64,000 bases of DNA from Octopus sinensis (Eukaryota): NCBI RefSeq assembly GCF_006345805.1, contig NC_043001.1, forward strand, positions 116,436,001 through 116,500,000, in the 5' to 3' direction. The notes under the pieces were generated by a model, which worked only from the letters and a program-made list of their open reading frames with translations, was not told the origin of the DNA and did no database searches. The position numbers and the translations under genes are program-made. Below are positions 40,797 to 53,779 of this stretch, piece by piece (position 1 is the stretch's first letter; each line of letters opens with the position of its first letter).

Positions 40797-43237
40797 CAAT
40801 GGTTCTAAGTTGGGGTCCATAAAACCCTTTGTGATCCATATAAGATTTTGGTGGAGGCCCTACACAAGCAAATTAGCAAACTGGTTCCACAGTAGTGTTT
40901 TAAGAGTCCATGAAAACATTTTGCTTTAGATGTATTTATTGCAAGAAAATGTTAGGTTTCTTTCTCTGACATTTTGCACAAGCGAATGTGTGTGTAAAAA
41001 CTAACACTTCCTTTTTCCGAGCTGAGATTTGAAACCGAATCTAAGGATTCTTGCTCGTCTGATCCACCACTGGCCAAATAGGCACAAAAGAAATCTCTTT
41101 GTCCTGTCAAAAAGAGATGGATGGATTTCTCTTTGACCTACAACTTCGGGTGTGTCATTTAAGGTTCAAGTGGACAGGAGGCAACCTACATAGGTAGAAA
41201 TTACTCCTGTGGTATATCTGTCCTTCTAGCTATCATGATTATAATAAATACAGTCAAACACACAGCAGGAAGCAGATAGCCATCACCGGGCGAACGGTCA
41301 AGAGACAAGCAGACAGCCAGCAGTTAACTTGTGCCAGTCAAGCAGCCAACATAGAACCACATATTCTGCATGAATGACCCAACACAGTAGCAGTCGCAGA
41401 ACATAAACAGACACCACCAAATGACCAACGCACACACAGACACAAAACATGCGTGGTTCTACCTCATCACATCGACACAGTATTTTCCTTGTTTATTTTC
41501 TATTTCGCCAACTCAAAGCAAGCTGGTAATGTCATGTAGTGAATTTTCTGGTGTATACAACACATAAATGCAAATGTCGATTAAATAAATTATTTAAACC
41601 ACAATCTGATGCTTTCCCATTCTTTTACTTTAATGTTGTCCTCAAGCCTATTTCATCTGCTACTTCAACGACATCTTTTGCTACACTATCCCACTACGTT
41701 TGGTGACTCCGACGAAGAATGACAGCCTTCACATCATTAAATCAGAACTGCAAAACTGCTGCAATTTGTCATCACATGATGGCTTTACATGATGGAACAC
41801 ATGATGGAACACAACCCAGTGGTGAACTCAGCCACAATCCACATGCACTTCGGGCAAAAGAAAAGAGACACCAGTCTGTCTTCAGGCAGTCAACCACTCA
41901 CCGATTCCAACATACAATGAACAGTCCCTAACTTAGGACTACACCACACCTTCCAGTGGGTATTCATCATCGCTAAACTGCCAACCCCTATCTTAGGAGC
42001 CAGTTTCCTTAATCGTTTCAGTCTCCTGGTAGATATCAAGCACAGAAGACTTGTCAACAGTACCACTCAGCTCACTGTGCATGGTATAACCACTTGTATG
42101 GCCACAGTCAGCCCAACCATCTTGCAAACAATGACAACCCGTCACAGTGCTATCCTTAAAGAAAACCCGGACGTCGCTCAACCAGTATTCCATAGTCAGC
42201 ATGAAGTCACCCACCACATCAAGACCAACAGTCCACTTGTTGCTGCATGACCCCAAAGGTTACCACTAGATTGTCTCAAGGCCTTCAAGCAAGAATTCCA
42301 GCACATGCTCAACCTTGGAAACATCCGTCCGTCCAGCAGCAACTGGTCCTCACCAATAGACTGCATTCCTAAGAAGTCATCATCTGATTGGAAAATTCGT
42401 GGTGATTATCAATTGCTAAATAACTGCACAGTACTTGATGCATAACCTGTCCCATTTCTACAGGACTTTTCTAGCTTGCTGCATGGAGCTTACATCTTTT
42501 CAAAGATCAACCTTGTGTGAGCTTACAATGAAATCTCAGTAGAACCTGCGGATATTCTAATGACAGCAGTCATGATACCCTTCAGAATGTTTGAACTCCT
42601 GCATACGCCTTTTGGTTTATGCAATGCAGCACAGACATTCAAATGTTTTATAGACACAGTTACCAGAGGTTTGCCTTTCGTCTATGCATACATAGACGAC
42701 GTACTCATGGCCAGTTGCTCAGATGAAGAGCATGATCAATATCTGCACCTGCTATTCCAACGCCTGCATGAATTATAGTGTTATCAACCCCAGCAAGTGT
42801 TCATTTGGAGTTGCATCCCTTCATTTTCTCAAGCGCATCATCGATAAGGATGGCATTCACCCAACTCCTAATAAATAACATAAACAGACATGACTGAATG
42901 ACCAACGCACACATACAGACACAAAACATGCCTGGTTCCACCTCATTACCATTTTCTGGTGTATACAACATGTAAATGCAAGTGTTGATTAAATAGATTA
43001 TTTAAACCACAATCCGATGCTTTCCCATTGTTTTAATTTGATCTCATCCACATACCTGTTTCATCTGCTGCCTCAATGACAGCTTTTGCTGTACCATCCC
43101 ACAACATGTGATAGACAAAATAGGGATTTTGAATGAAGTATCTATAAAACTACTTTTTAAACATCGAATGGCTATGGAGGTCTACCAAAATTGTAATGTA
43201 CAGGATCCATAGGTAAGCAAATCGTTGAGAACCACTG
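40797..43237 (+). mobile_element. hAT-type MITE hosting a Gypsy element
   Basis: Ends caatggttctaag.. / ..gttgagaaccactg; flanks atctagaa / gtccagga; same family as 27489-30176. Confidence 0.6.
41208..43106 (+). mobile_element. Internally deleted Gypsy LTR retrotransposon
   Basis: 5' LTR ends at 41698, PBS tggtgactccgacg at 41701-41714, pol relic (IRPSSSNWSSP..PKK..DW..GDY; PFGLCNAAQTF; YAYIDDVL) at ~41960-42870, truncated 3' LTR at ~42876-43106; 5' start uncertain. Confidence 0.85.
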
Positions 43238-44200
43238 GTCCAGGATATCAGTCTGTGTGTGTGTGTGTGTATCAGTAGCACCACTATTCCATTGTAGGTC
43301 TCACTTAAGGTTTTTAGGGAATCAGTCATTGTTGGATGCTGAAGAATTTTCTGAGTCTGAAGACAGGCCAGTCTTTCACTTGCAGTCTTAACTATGTTAA
43401 AGATAAGCATTCACCAGGAGAGATTTTCAAAGAGAGTGAGGCCTAGCATTTGGAACAATCACCAGGGCTCGACATATGTTTAAGTAGATGGCAAAGTTTA
43501 CCTTGGTAGAAACTAGACCTAGTATGTAAAGGGACCAAACTAAATATCACATTTTGTTTGCCTTATTACTACATTAAATAAATATGAAGCTAGCAATATG
43601 AAAAGAAACCGACCACAGAAAAGTGTATCTCCAATCTACTCAAGCTGCTAATTAGGAGCTTGTTAATATCACCACCAAATTTTCTAGAGTACTATATAAA
43701 AATCTAGAAACTAATTTCATTGCAACATAAATTAAGCAATATTCAAGTTGGCGTTAACATATTTAATGCAGAGAGAATTATAAAAACATAACAGACTTTA
43801 CTGTACTTACCTAATTAGCAGTGATGAAAGAATCACTAAGTAAACACATAATACCGTACATTAGTTGGCTTTTTAGTTTGGTTTAGCAATCACATACACA
43901 ATCATACAAGAGAACTGCATTCACACAGGAAAGCAGAATTGTTTAGAGAATAAATAACTCAGAGACACCATTTTCAGGAAAAACAACAGCTAAGTTAGCA
44001 TTAACATCTATTAATACAGGAAGCATTAAAAACTAACAAGAAATATGTGTCGAGGAAAAAAATAGAATATCAGCTGAATTCCTAATGTTGTTTTAGTTAT
44101 TTTAGCAAATATACAAACATGTTTCAGTATTATTAGTTAATCAATGAAGCATAATTAAAGCAATTTTTATAGTGAATTATTTTGGTTTTTTTCCCCACAT

Positions 44201-44584
44201 TGTGGAGGCGCAATGGCCCAGTGGTTAGGGCAGTGGACTCACGGTCGTAGGATCGCGGTTTCGATTCCTAGACCGGGCGTTGTGAGTGTTTATTGAGCGA
44301 AAACACCTAAAGCTCCACAAGGCTCCGGCAGGGATGGTGGTGATCCCTGCTGTACTCTTTCACCACAACTTTCTCTCACTCTTACTTCCTGTTTCTGTTG
44401 TACATGTATTTCAAGGGGCCGGTCTTGTCCCTCTCTGTGTCACGCTGAATATCCCCGAGAACTACGTTAAGGGTACACGTGTCTGTGGAGTGCTCAGCCA
44501 CTTACACGTTAATTTCATGAGCAGGCTGTTCCGTTGATCGGATCAACCGGAACCCTCGTTGTCGTAACCGACGGAGTGCTTCCA
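44201..44584 (+). mobile_element. SINE family C, full length
   Basis: Close to the 39771 copy; TSD ttccc(c)acat. Confidence 0.92.
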
Positions 44585-44879
44585 TTTCCCACATAGGCTC
44601 AAAGGTCTGGATACTTCTGGCTGAAGAGAGACAACATGTTGAAGCATCAGTGTTCCAGGATCCTTTGTAAGAATGAGCAAAGTGTATTACGAACACATTG
44701 TTATTGTAAAATTATAAAAAGGGGTTCAAATCTGCCAGAACATACTAAAAATAAGTTTGCAAATCATCGTAAAAAGAAGAAATTTATAACAATTTACAAA
44801 AACAAAGATCTGTCTGTTAGTCTCTTGTTTCTCTCTCTCTCTCTCCCCCCCTCTATATGTATATATATATATATATATT

Positions 44880-45293
44880 CTTTTTTTCTTTTATTCTTTT
44901 ACTTGTTTCAGTCATTTGACTGCGGCCATGCTGGAGCACCGTCTTTAGTCAAGCAAATCGACCCCGGGACTTATTCTTTGTAAGCCCAGTACTTATTCTA
45001 TCGGTCTCTTTTTGCCGAACCGCTAAGTGACGGGGATCTAAACACACCAGCATTGATTGTCAAGTACTGCTAGGGGGACAAACACAGACACACAAACACA
45101 CACACATACATATATATATATACATATATACGACAGGCTTCTTTCAGTTTCCGTCTACCAAATCCACTCACAAGGCATTGGTCGGCCCGGGGCTATAGCA
45201 GAAGACACTTGCCCAAGATGCCACGCAGTGGGACTGAACCCGGAACCATGTGGTTGGTTAGCAAGCTACTTACCACACAGCCACTCCTGCGCC
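44880..45293 (-). mobile_element. SINE family A (young)
   Basis: Near-consensus full-length copy. Confidence 0.92.
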
Positions 45294-45799
45294 TATATAA
45301 TCATCATTTAATGTCTGTTTTCCATGCTGGCATGGGTTAGATGGTTTGACCGGAACTGGAACTTTGTAAACCAAACTGGTAATACTGCTAAGTACAGTAG
45401 TAACCAGACCACTTTACTACAAATAGACTGGATCATGATACTATATGTGGAGCTTTAAACTCATCAGTAACAGCCATACATCTAAGTGTACACACAAGAA
45501 ATGAGATTTATGAGTATATCCAGCATTTTGCCACCATCTCCATCATACAGTCTCCCACTCTTTCTCTCTCTCTCTCTCTCTCTCCCCCACTTCTTCTGCA
45601 CTTCCCTTAATTTGGGCAACTGTGTATTTTCTTTGTGGTAGCACACCTGTTTCTGTCTTCATTTTTGATCTTTCTCTCTCCAGCTGGGTAACCTTGTACT
45701 TCCTCTTCAGCATGACACCTGTATCTGTCTCACTATAACCTTTTCCTCATCACCTTCTCCAGTGCCTACTCCCCTTTTAAAAGTTTTTGTCTTGCAAGT

Positions 45800-46252
<453 letters not shown>

Positions 46253-46458
46253 CATTATTAAATCTCAGAACGAGATGTAAACAGTAATCGCTCGACAATG
46301 TAAAGTATAATAGCCATCTCAATATGGCTAACCACAAAGGGGGGTGTTACTGTAGCTTTTTAGCCCCAGGAGATCATCGTCTCCAGCTGGCTTTAGACAC
46401 ACTTTCTGTGCACTTAAGGTATTTGCAAAGGGAGGCCATCCCTTTCTCGTAAGCCTTA

Positions 46459-46518
46459 GTGATACGCACCGGACAGCGGTTTCGAGATTATCGTCTCTTA
46501 TCAACAGGCGGTAATCAC
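46459..46518 (-). ncRNA. Type I hammerhead ribozyme, U3:A8 core variant
   Basis: gtgattaccgcctg, ttgataa, gaga(cgataa)tctc, gaaa, c(cgct)g, tc, cggtgcgtatcac; ~12-bp bulged stem I, GUC site. Confidence 0.7.
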
Positions 46519-46756
46519 CAGATCACGATGAAAGACAAGGCCTGCTTTGCAAATATATAAGAGTTTTTCTAGTGACGTCTGCCACTGATTTCGAAAAACT
46601 GACTGCAAGCATTATTAAATTGTCGAGCGATTACTGTTTACATCTCGTTCTGAGATTTAATAATGCTTGCAGTCAGTTTTTCGAAATCAGTAGCAGACGT
46701 CACTAGAAAAACTCTTATATATTTGCAAAGCAGGCCTTGTCTTTCATCGTGATCTG

Positions 46757-46816
46757 GTGATTACCGCCCGTTGATAAGAGACAATAATCTCGAAACCGCG
46801 ATCCGGTGCGTATCAC
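46757..46816 (+). ncRNA. Type I hammerhead, U3:A8 variant, second copy with stem III mismatch
   Basis: gtgattaccgcccg, ttgataa, gaga(caataa)tctc, gaaa, ccgcg, atc, cggtgcgtatcac. Confidence 0.6.
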
Positions 46817-46957
46817 GAGAAAGGGATGGCCTCCCTTTGCAAATACCTTAAGGGTACAGAAAGTGTGTCTAAAGCCAGCTGGAGACGATGATCTCCTGGG
46901 GCTAAAAAGCTACAGTAACACCCCCCTTTGTGGTTAGCCATATTGAGATGGTTTTAT

Positions 46958-47012
<55 letters not shown>

Positions 47013-47455
47013 CACGGAACTATTCTGTGAGTGAAATGTTAGCGTGCATGAGTGACAGAGTTCAAATGGGCTGGGAGAAAATCTGTGTATAAGGAGGAAT
47101 CAGATCTAGCAAGCAAGAGATAAGATTGCACTGAGATGGGCATGTGATGCTTAGTTGTACAAAGAAATATGGAGCCTTCAAAATGAATTGAATCTTCAGA
47201 AGAAGGGGACCCCAGAAGACATGAGGTGAGGCAGTGAAAACTGATCTCTCAATACTGAACCTTATGGCAAGGATGACAAAGAGTCACAATGATGGTACTA
47301 TGCAGTACTGAGGAAACCTCAGCCACCTATGCAAACGAGGCAGAATGAATGTCAAAATAGTGTTTGTGAGATAGGATGGGAAATATAATGCATTTATATT
47401 TGCATCTCTCACCCAATATGTCTCTAGAGCCTATATCAATTTTTTTTTTTTTTTT

Positions 47456-47640
47456 ACTACCCACAAGGGGCTAAACACAGAGGACAAACAAGGACAGACA
47501 AATGGATTAAGTCGATTATATCGACCCCAGTGCGTAACTGGTGCTAATTTAATCGACCCCGAAAGGATGAAAGGCAAAGTCGACCTCGGCGGAATTTGAA
47601 CTCAGAACATAACGGCAGACGAAATACCACTAAGCATTTA
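47456..47640 (-). mobile_element. SINE family B (5'-truncated)
   Basis: cgaccccgaaaggatgaaaggcaaagtcgacctcggcgg. Confidence 0.88.
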
Positions 47641-48594
47641 GCAGAGTCTATATCTGCTACTAGCTTTGCCTCTTGATATCTTCTCCATCTCTCTACTACG
47701 CATCCTCTATTTACTGTATAAAGTGCCTATGCAGGGATGTCATTGGATCTGTCCAAACAGCTGATCTCCTTGATGCTCACCTTCTGTCTGTGCCATGTTG
47801 CCAGGGTAATGGGTAATATACTCAATTTTCCATACCATCATTCAGTGCTCAATGCACTTAAACATCACCCTTTATGGAGTATCAGTCAACATTGTTCTTT
47901 ACTCTCTCCCTTTCTCATTCCAATCACTATCTTTCTGCCATCATGCTCTTGTACTCTCAGGCTTCTAAGTTTTCCTGCCATCATTATCTGCTACTTGTCC
48001 TCTCAGTCACGTTGTTCAAAGCAAACTGGCACGAACGTTAAATAGTGAAGAATCTTTAGTCCTATGAAACAGAAAACCACTACAAGTGTTGGCGTCAGTT
48101 CCACAATAAAGTGGCTAATGAATGAGCAACAACAACAACAACAACATTGGATAAAAAAACCCAATAAGTTTGTCAAGGATTCTGATAACCACTTGTGAGC
48201 TGTTACCAGGATAAAATGCCTCCAGACATACGGTAAAGTTGTTGGGGTTTCATTTTGGTTTGGTAGAAACCAAGCCAAAATGAAGTATACAAGTGAGATA
48301 TTGTCCGACATGTCTAGGAGGGTAGAAACTCTAAATAGAAAATGACTTTGACTATGACAAGCCAGTCAGTCGATGTCAGCATGGAAAGGGAAATTAAATG
48401 ATGATGGTGATGATGATGTGTGTGTGTAGGGGGCATTGTTTATGCAAACAGGAAAAACAGAACTCACTAAACTAGAGCAGTTATATTATTTCATTACAGA
48501 TAAGAAGTGCAACATGAATAACTCAAGGGTTGAGCATTTCATGCAGAAGCATTTATCAGTGCTTTTGCATTAAACTTTTAGCCCTTTTAGAAGA

Positions 48595-48880
48595 CTGATA
48601 CAGCTTCTCGGCCGTGGGGCATCCTTGTTAATGTCTCATTTATACCTGCCTTATATGGCTTATAGGTTAAATGAGGCATGATTGCCCTTATTGCCGAAAC
48701 AGCTGTCAGATATGATATAATTACATATTATATTTTATATTTCTATTTCCTTGTCTAATTATATTTACAATATATTTTGTATAATGCCTTTACTGTTATG
48801 TAATGGTGTAATAAAGTATTGATTGGGTATCATCTGTTGGTTGATGTTTGATTGATTTAAGTATGTTTCTCCATTTTCTA

Positions 48881-48882
<2 letters not shown>
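48595..48882 (+). mobile_element. PLE pseudo-LTR-like relic with half hammerhead, ending at (TA)n
   Basis: gcc-gaaa-cagctg-tc (palindromic stem III, GUC) closing a long hairpin; aataaa at 48810; (TA)n from 48883. Confidence 0.5.
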
Positions 48883-48959
<77 letters not shown>

Positions 48960-49969
48960 TATGTATATATATATTCCTTCAGTATTGTGTGTGTGTGTGT
49001 GTGTCTGTATATATTAAAGTAGGAGGTTAGAGCATATGAAATTTGTAAGCTATCACAGAATAGATATGAGGTTGGTGTTTAGTTTGAGCATCCGTAGACC
49101 AATATCTGCTGAAAAATTCGGTTAGTAAGAAAGAAATTTCAGTGGATTCTAATTTTAAGGAGGAAGATCTGGATAAAGGTGTTTTACTGTGGGAGCTGCA
49201 AAATAAGACAGACTGAAAATGATAGAAGGAAGAGAGATTGGCAAGATTGGTGGGCCTTCGCAGAGAAAATGTGCAGTCAGCTAATTCAAAAGAACATGAA
49301 CTGTTCTGCCTTATATGAAGTAGGCCTAGTCTTCCACTGTTCAGTTACCTCTCTCAACATCCAGCAAAACATGTATGTTGTTAGGATGACATTCAGGGTT
49401 TGTTAGGAGTAAGGAAGAGTGTTGCCATTATTTTAAGCATCCATCAGTGATATTTATGTTACTGCAATATGATAAGGAGTATAATTTTGATTAATCAAAA
49501 TCATTTTGCTTCCTACGTTGGGTTGTTTTTTTATCATACTTTGTTGGTCAATCCAGTGTAATTACCTTTGTCCTCATAACAATTACACATCATTATCAAA
49601 TGCCATCCCTGTCACTATTTACCATCATCCTATAAATCTAAGCTCTCAAGATAATATTCACCACCAGCATCACTGAGAGCCAAAACCACCATTATTGTTA
49701 TCTCCTCTTGTATTCTTTCTTTTTTATCTTTTAGTTATGTGAGAAGATAGTACCAATGAGTACCAATGAGCCTTTACAGGTCAACTACCAAATCCACTCA
49801 CAAGGTTTTCGTCAGCCAGGGCTATAGTAGATTACTTGTTCAAGGTGCCACACTGTAGAATATGTGGTTGAGAAACAAACTTCTCAGCCACACAGCCACC
49901 TGTGCCATTAGCTATATTGGTAAATGCATCCTTAAAAATCAATAATTAAACTGGTAAATAACTACATTG

Positions 49970-50285
49970 TGAAGGTGCATGGCTCAGTGGTTAGAGTGTT
50001 GGGCTCACGATCATAAAGTAGTGAGTTTGATTCTTGGACTGGGCTGTGTGTTGTGTTCTTGAGCAAGACACTTTATTTCGCATTGCTCCAGTTCACTCAA
50101 CTGTAGAAAGGAGTTGCGACATAGCCATACCAAGCAGTGTCAGCCTTTACTTTTCCTTTGGACAACATCAGTGGCATGGAGAGGGCAGGCCGATATATAT
50201 GTGCACCTGCTGGTTTTCCATAAACAACTTTGCCCGGACTTGTGCCTCGGAGGGTAACTTTCAAGGTGCCATCCCATGATCATTC
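49970..50285 (+). mobile_element. tRNA-derived SINE (family D-related head)
   Basis: tggctcagtggttagag A box, gagtttgattc B box, tgttcttgagcaagacact. Confidence 0.75.
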
Positions 50286-50336
50286 ATGACTGAAGTGGGT
50301 CTTTAAATAACTACATTAAATTACTTTAAAAAAACA

Positions 50337-50712
50337 TTATGACTCCGAGCACCTTTTCAAACTCCACCTGTCTAACACCCATGGACCTTTTTACAAAATC
50401 AGAAAACAGCACAGCTCCCATGACTTTCGGAAACATTTTTTCATGCTAAAAGTTGCTGAAGTATGGAACAAACTGACGGCATCAGTTGTTAGTTGTCGGA
50501 GCACCGCATCCTTCAAAACTTCCATGCTTCCTGAGATTTGCCAACACTACACCTGATTTTCTCCCCTCCATACACACGCAAGCATGTATCTGAATCATTC
50601 ACTGTTCGCTTCTCATACATTTGTACATTACTGCATACACTTTATACGCACTTTCTGACAAGTTGTGGTGCACCTGAGCACTGTATACAATAATTTCATT
50701 ATTATTATTATA
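50337..50712 (+). mobile_element. CR1-type LINE 3' end
   Basis: YKIRKQHSSHDFRKHFF..KVAEVWNKL..SVVSCRSTASFK, 3' UTR, (att)n tail. Confidence 0.85.
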
Positions 50713-51836
50713 ACACAAGGACTTGGCCTGAATCCTACATCAAGGTGGATTTCACTAACCCTTTTGATACCAACTTGCCCGAAACTGCTCCTTAGTTCTA
50801 TGATGAAAATTACCTGTTTGAAAGTGATCTGCATTAAAATCTTCCATCAAAATTAATGCTAATTTATGCTAATTTATGTTCTAAACACTTGCTTAATAAC
50901 AAAGTTATTTATCTAAATTCTTCATTATTTTTAGAATTAATTGAAGCAAAAGTAATAGTTTCAATGAAAATATGGAAATAGAAGAGTTAAAAGTAGCTAA
51001 GGCACCAGGCAGTGATGTTAAACAGGGTGATGGATCAAGTCTGCTACCCATGTAGACTATAGTGGGATTTGAATTTACAATGCAAAGAGCCAAAGTAAAT
51101 ACTATATGGCCTCTAATGTAACATTTTGCTATTATCAAAACTACAATCATTCCCATCTCCATCATCATCATCATCGTCATCATCATTGCAGTCACCACTA
51201 CTGCCATCACCACAATAAACATTAACATATTAACAAACACTACAATAGCAAAGACAGAACAGCTCATAACAGGAACCAAAACAATTAGAGTTGAAAGTTC
51301 ACTAAAGAAAATTACCCACTGTAATTATATCTAGAATATAACTACAGACATAACAACCAGAAATATCATTTAATATTATTATATCCTGTCTTTTGATGTT
51401 TCTTTTTTATATTTTATCGTCTTTTATTTGGGTTTTAGTTTCAAGTTTTCTTCTTAAGTACATAGATGTAAAAGTTCATGCAAGCACGCGGGTTAAGTCA
51501 GTAAGCATGGCTGTTAACATCCTGTATTAGTACCTCTTCCTCCTCCCCTATACCATTGTTCTTACATTCAAACCAACTAAGTTATTTTCTCTGAAATAGC
51601 AAAAATCAATGTACTAGTAATAACCCAATGACTTTGCTAGATGTTTTTTAATGTAATTATTTACCAGTATAATTATTGATTTTCAAGGATATATTTACCA
51701 ATAGAGTTACTTATTAGCACAGGCTGGCTGTGAGGCTGAGAAATTTCTTTCTACTGTATGGCAGCTTGAGCAAGCAAGCATCTTGTGAGTAGATTTGGTA
51801 GTTGACAGAAACTGAAAGAAACCCATCATGCATGTG

Positions 51837-51885
<49 letters not shown>

Positions 51886-51887
<2 letters not shown>

Positions 51888-53729
51888 TGAGGGACCAGCC
51901 ATCAGAGTTAATAGCAGCATAATGGATAAGGCAATTAAGGACATGAAGATAGGTAAAGCCCCAGGGCCATCAGGAATCACTGCCAAGATGATTAAAATTT
52001 CCAGAGGTGTAGGATACACCTTAGTCACCTGTATAGCTAATCAGATTATTCAGGAAGGCACCATCACAATGACTGGTGTAGCAGTATTATAGTTAGCTGT
52101 TACAAGGGTAAAGGTGATGCCATATATCAGGGGTGGAGAAATCCCAGCCTGAAGGTGCAATTGCACCTGTAAACCCATTTTATTTCACCCACAGGCTGAT
52201 ATACTTGTATGCACAAAATATAGTCAACTTTTCAAATTATAAAATTCATACAATATTCGTATGCCTATTTGTGACATGGGTTATGTTTCCACTTTGACTT
52301 AAAACAGTTAAACTCGAACAGAAAATCATCTGGTAATTGCAATTTGAATGGAAATTTTGTTTTCACTATAAAACACGTATTGCTAGGTTTGTACCACTGC
52401 CTTGAGATCCAATTACACTCTAGATGAAAAGTATAGAATACTTCATAAGTAATATAAGTCTCCTAAATTCAGTGGCAGCGTTAATTTAATGTGTTAAACT
52501 TACCTTTATTAGTGTATATCAAATTATACGATATAGACAAGATACATAGATATAGACAAGATCTACATATATATAGGAGTTAGAACTTGTGATCCATCTG
52601 TGGACCTTTTCCTTTGGAAATTTTTGCTCACAACACTAAAACGTTTCCTTAACCCTGCCTTAGGAACAACTACAGGGGTATTAAACTGCTAGACCAAGTC
52701 ATGAAAGTTACTGAGAGGGTTAGAACTAAATTGGTTAGGAATAGAATTAAACTAGAAGTGATGCAGTTTGGTTTTGTACCTGGGAAGAGTACCACAGATG
52801 CCATCTTCCTAGTGAGACAGCTGCAGGAAAAGTGGTATACTTGACCAAAAGTATGCCATTGTACTTAGCCTTCACTGACCTGGAGAAAGCTTTCGACAGA
52901 GTTCCCCGCTCTGTTATATGGTGGTCTCTTAGGAAGTTAGGAGTAGAGGAGTGGCTTGTTAGAGTTGTACAAGCCATGTACAGTGATGATATCAGTAAGG
53001 TAAGAGTCGGCCATGAATACAGTGATGAATTTAGCATACAGATAGGGGTTCAACAGGGATCAGTTCTCAGCCCACTCTTATTCATTATAGTCCTCCAGGC
53101 CATAACAGAGGAATTCAAAACTGGGTGCCCATGCAACTGCTATATGCTAATGACCTTGCTCTTATTGCAGAATCTTTAGCAGAATTGGAGAAAAAATTCC
53201 AGGTATGGAAACAAAATCTGAAATCAAAGTGTCTTAAAGTTAACCTAGCTAAGACCAAAGATGTTGTTAGCAAGAAAGAAGATAAAACTCTCTTTCCTCT
53301 GGTAAATGGCCCTGCTCAATATGTAGAAAAGGAGTTGGAAGAAATTCCATTCACTGCATCCAGTGTAAACTATGGACACAAAAGAGGTGCAGTGGAATCA
53401 CAGGTAGATTAACAGATAAAGTCGTCTTTGTAGGTGGCAGATGTGCAGGAACAGTAAGCACTAAGAGTACATATGAATTAGATTCTCTCAAATGCCCAGG
53501 AGGGTCTCTTGTAGTTGTAAATAGTTTCTGTTGCCTAGGTGACTAAATAAGCAATGGTAGTGAGACACAGGCTCTGAATGCAGAAGACCTATGTAGACTG
53601 GAGAGAAATGAAAGCAGTAAAATCCTGCCAAAGCAGTTACAGAAGTCTGGTGCAGGCTTCTGCCTGGCCGGCTCCTGTCAAACCGTTCCACCCATGCCAG
53701 CATGGAAGGTAGATGTTAAACGATGATGA

Positions 53730-53730
<1 letters not shown>
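51886..53730 (+). mobile_element. RTE LINE relic (RT and Cys-rich C-terminus), interrupted and internally deleted
   Basis: GKAPGPSG; NYRGIKLL; AFTDLEKAFDRVP; GVQQGSVLSPLLF; LLYANDL; then family 3' end and (gat)n tail. Confidence 0.9.
52128..52657 (+). mobile_element. hAT-type MITE inserted in the RTE ORF
   Basis: Starts caggggtggagaaa, ends tttccttaaccctg; the RTE reading (KGKGDA / ..NYRG) resumes across it. Confidence 0.6.

Positions 53731-53779
<49 letters not shown>

Noticed and set aside
43445-44160. Further palindrome-plus-UH motifs (43450, 44040, 44140)
   Set aside because: No catalytic core or stems; expected by chance in AT-rich DNA.
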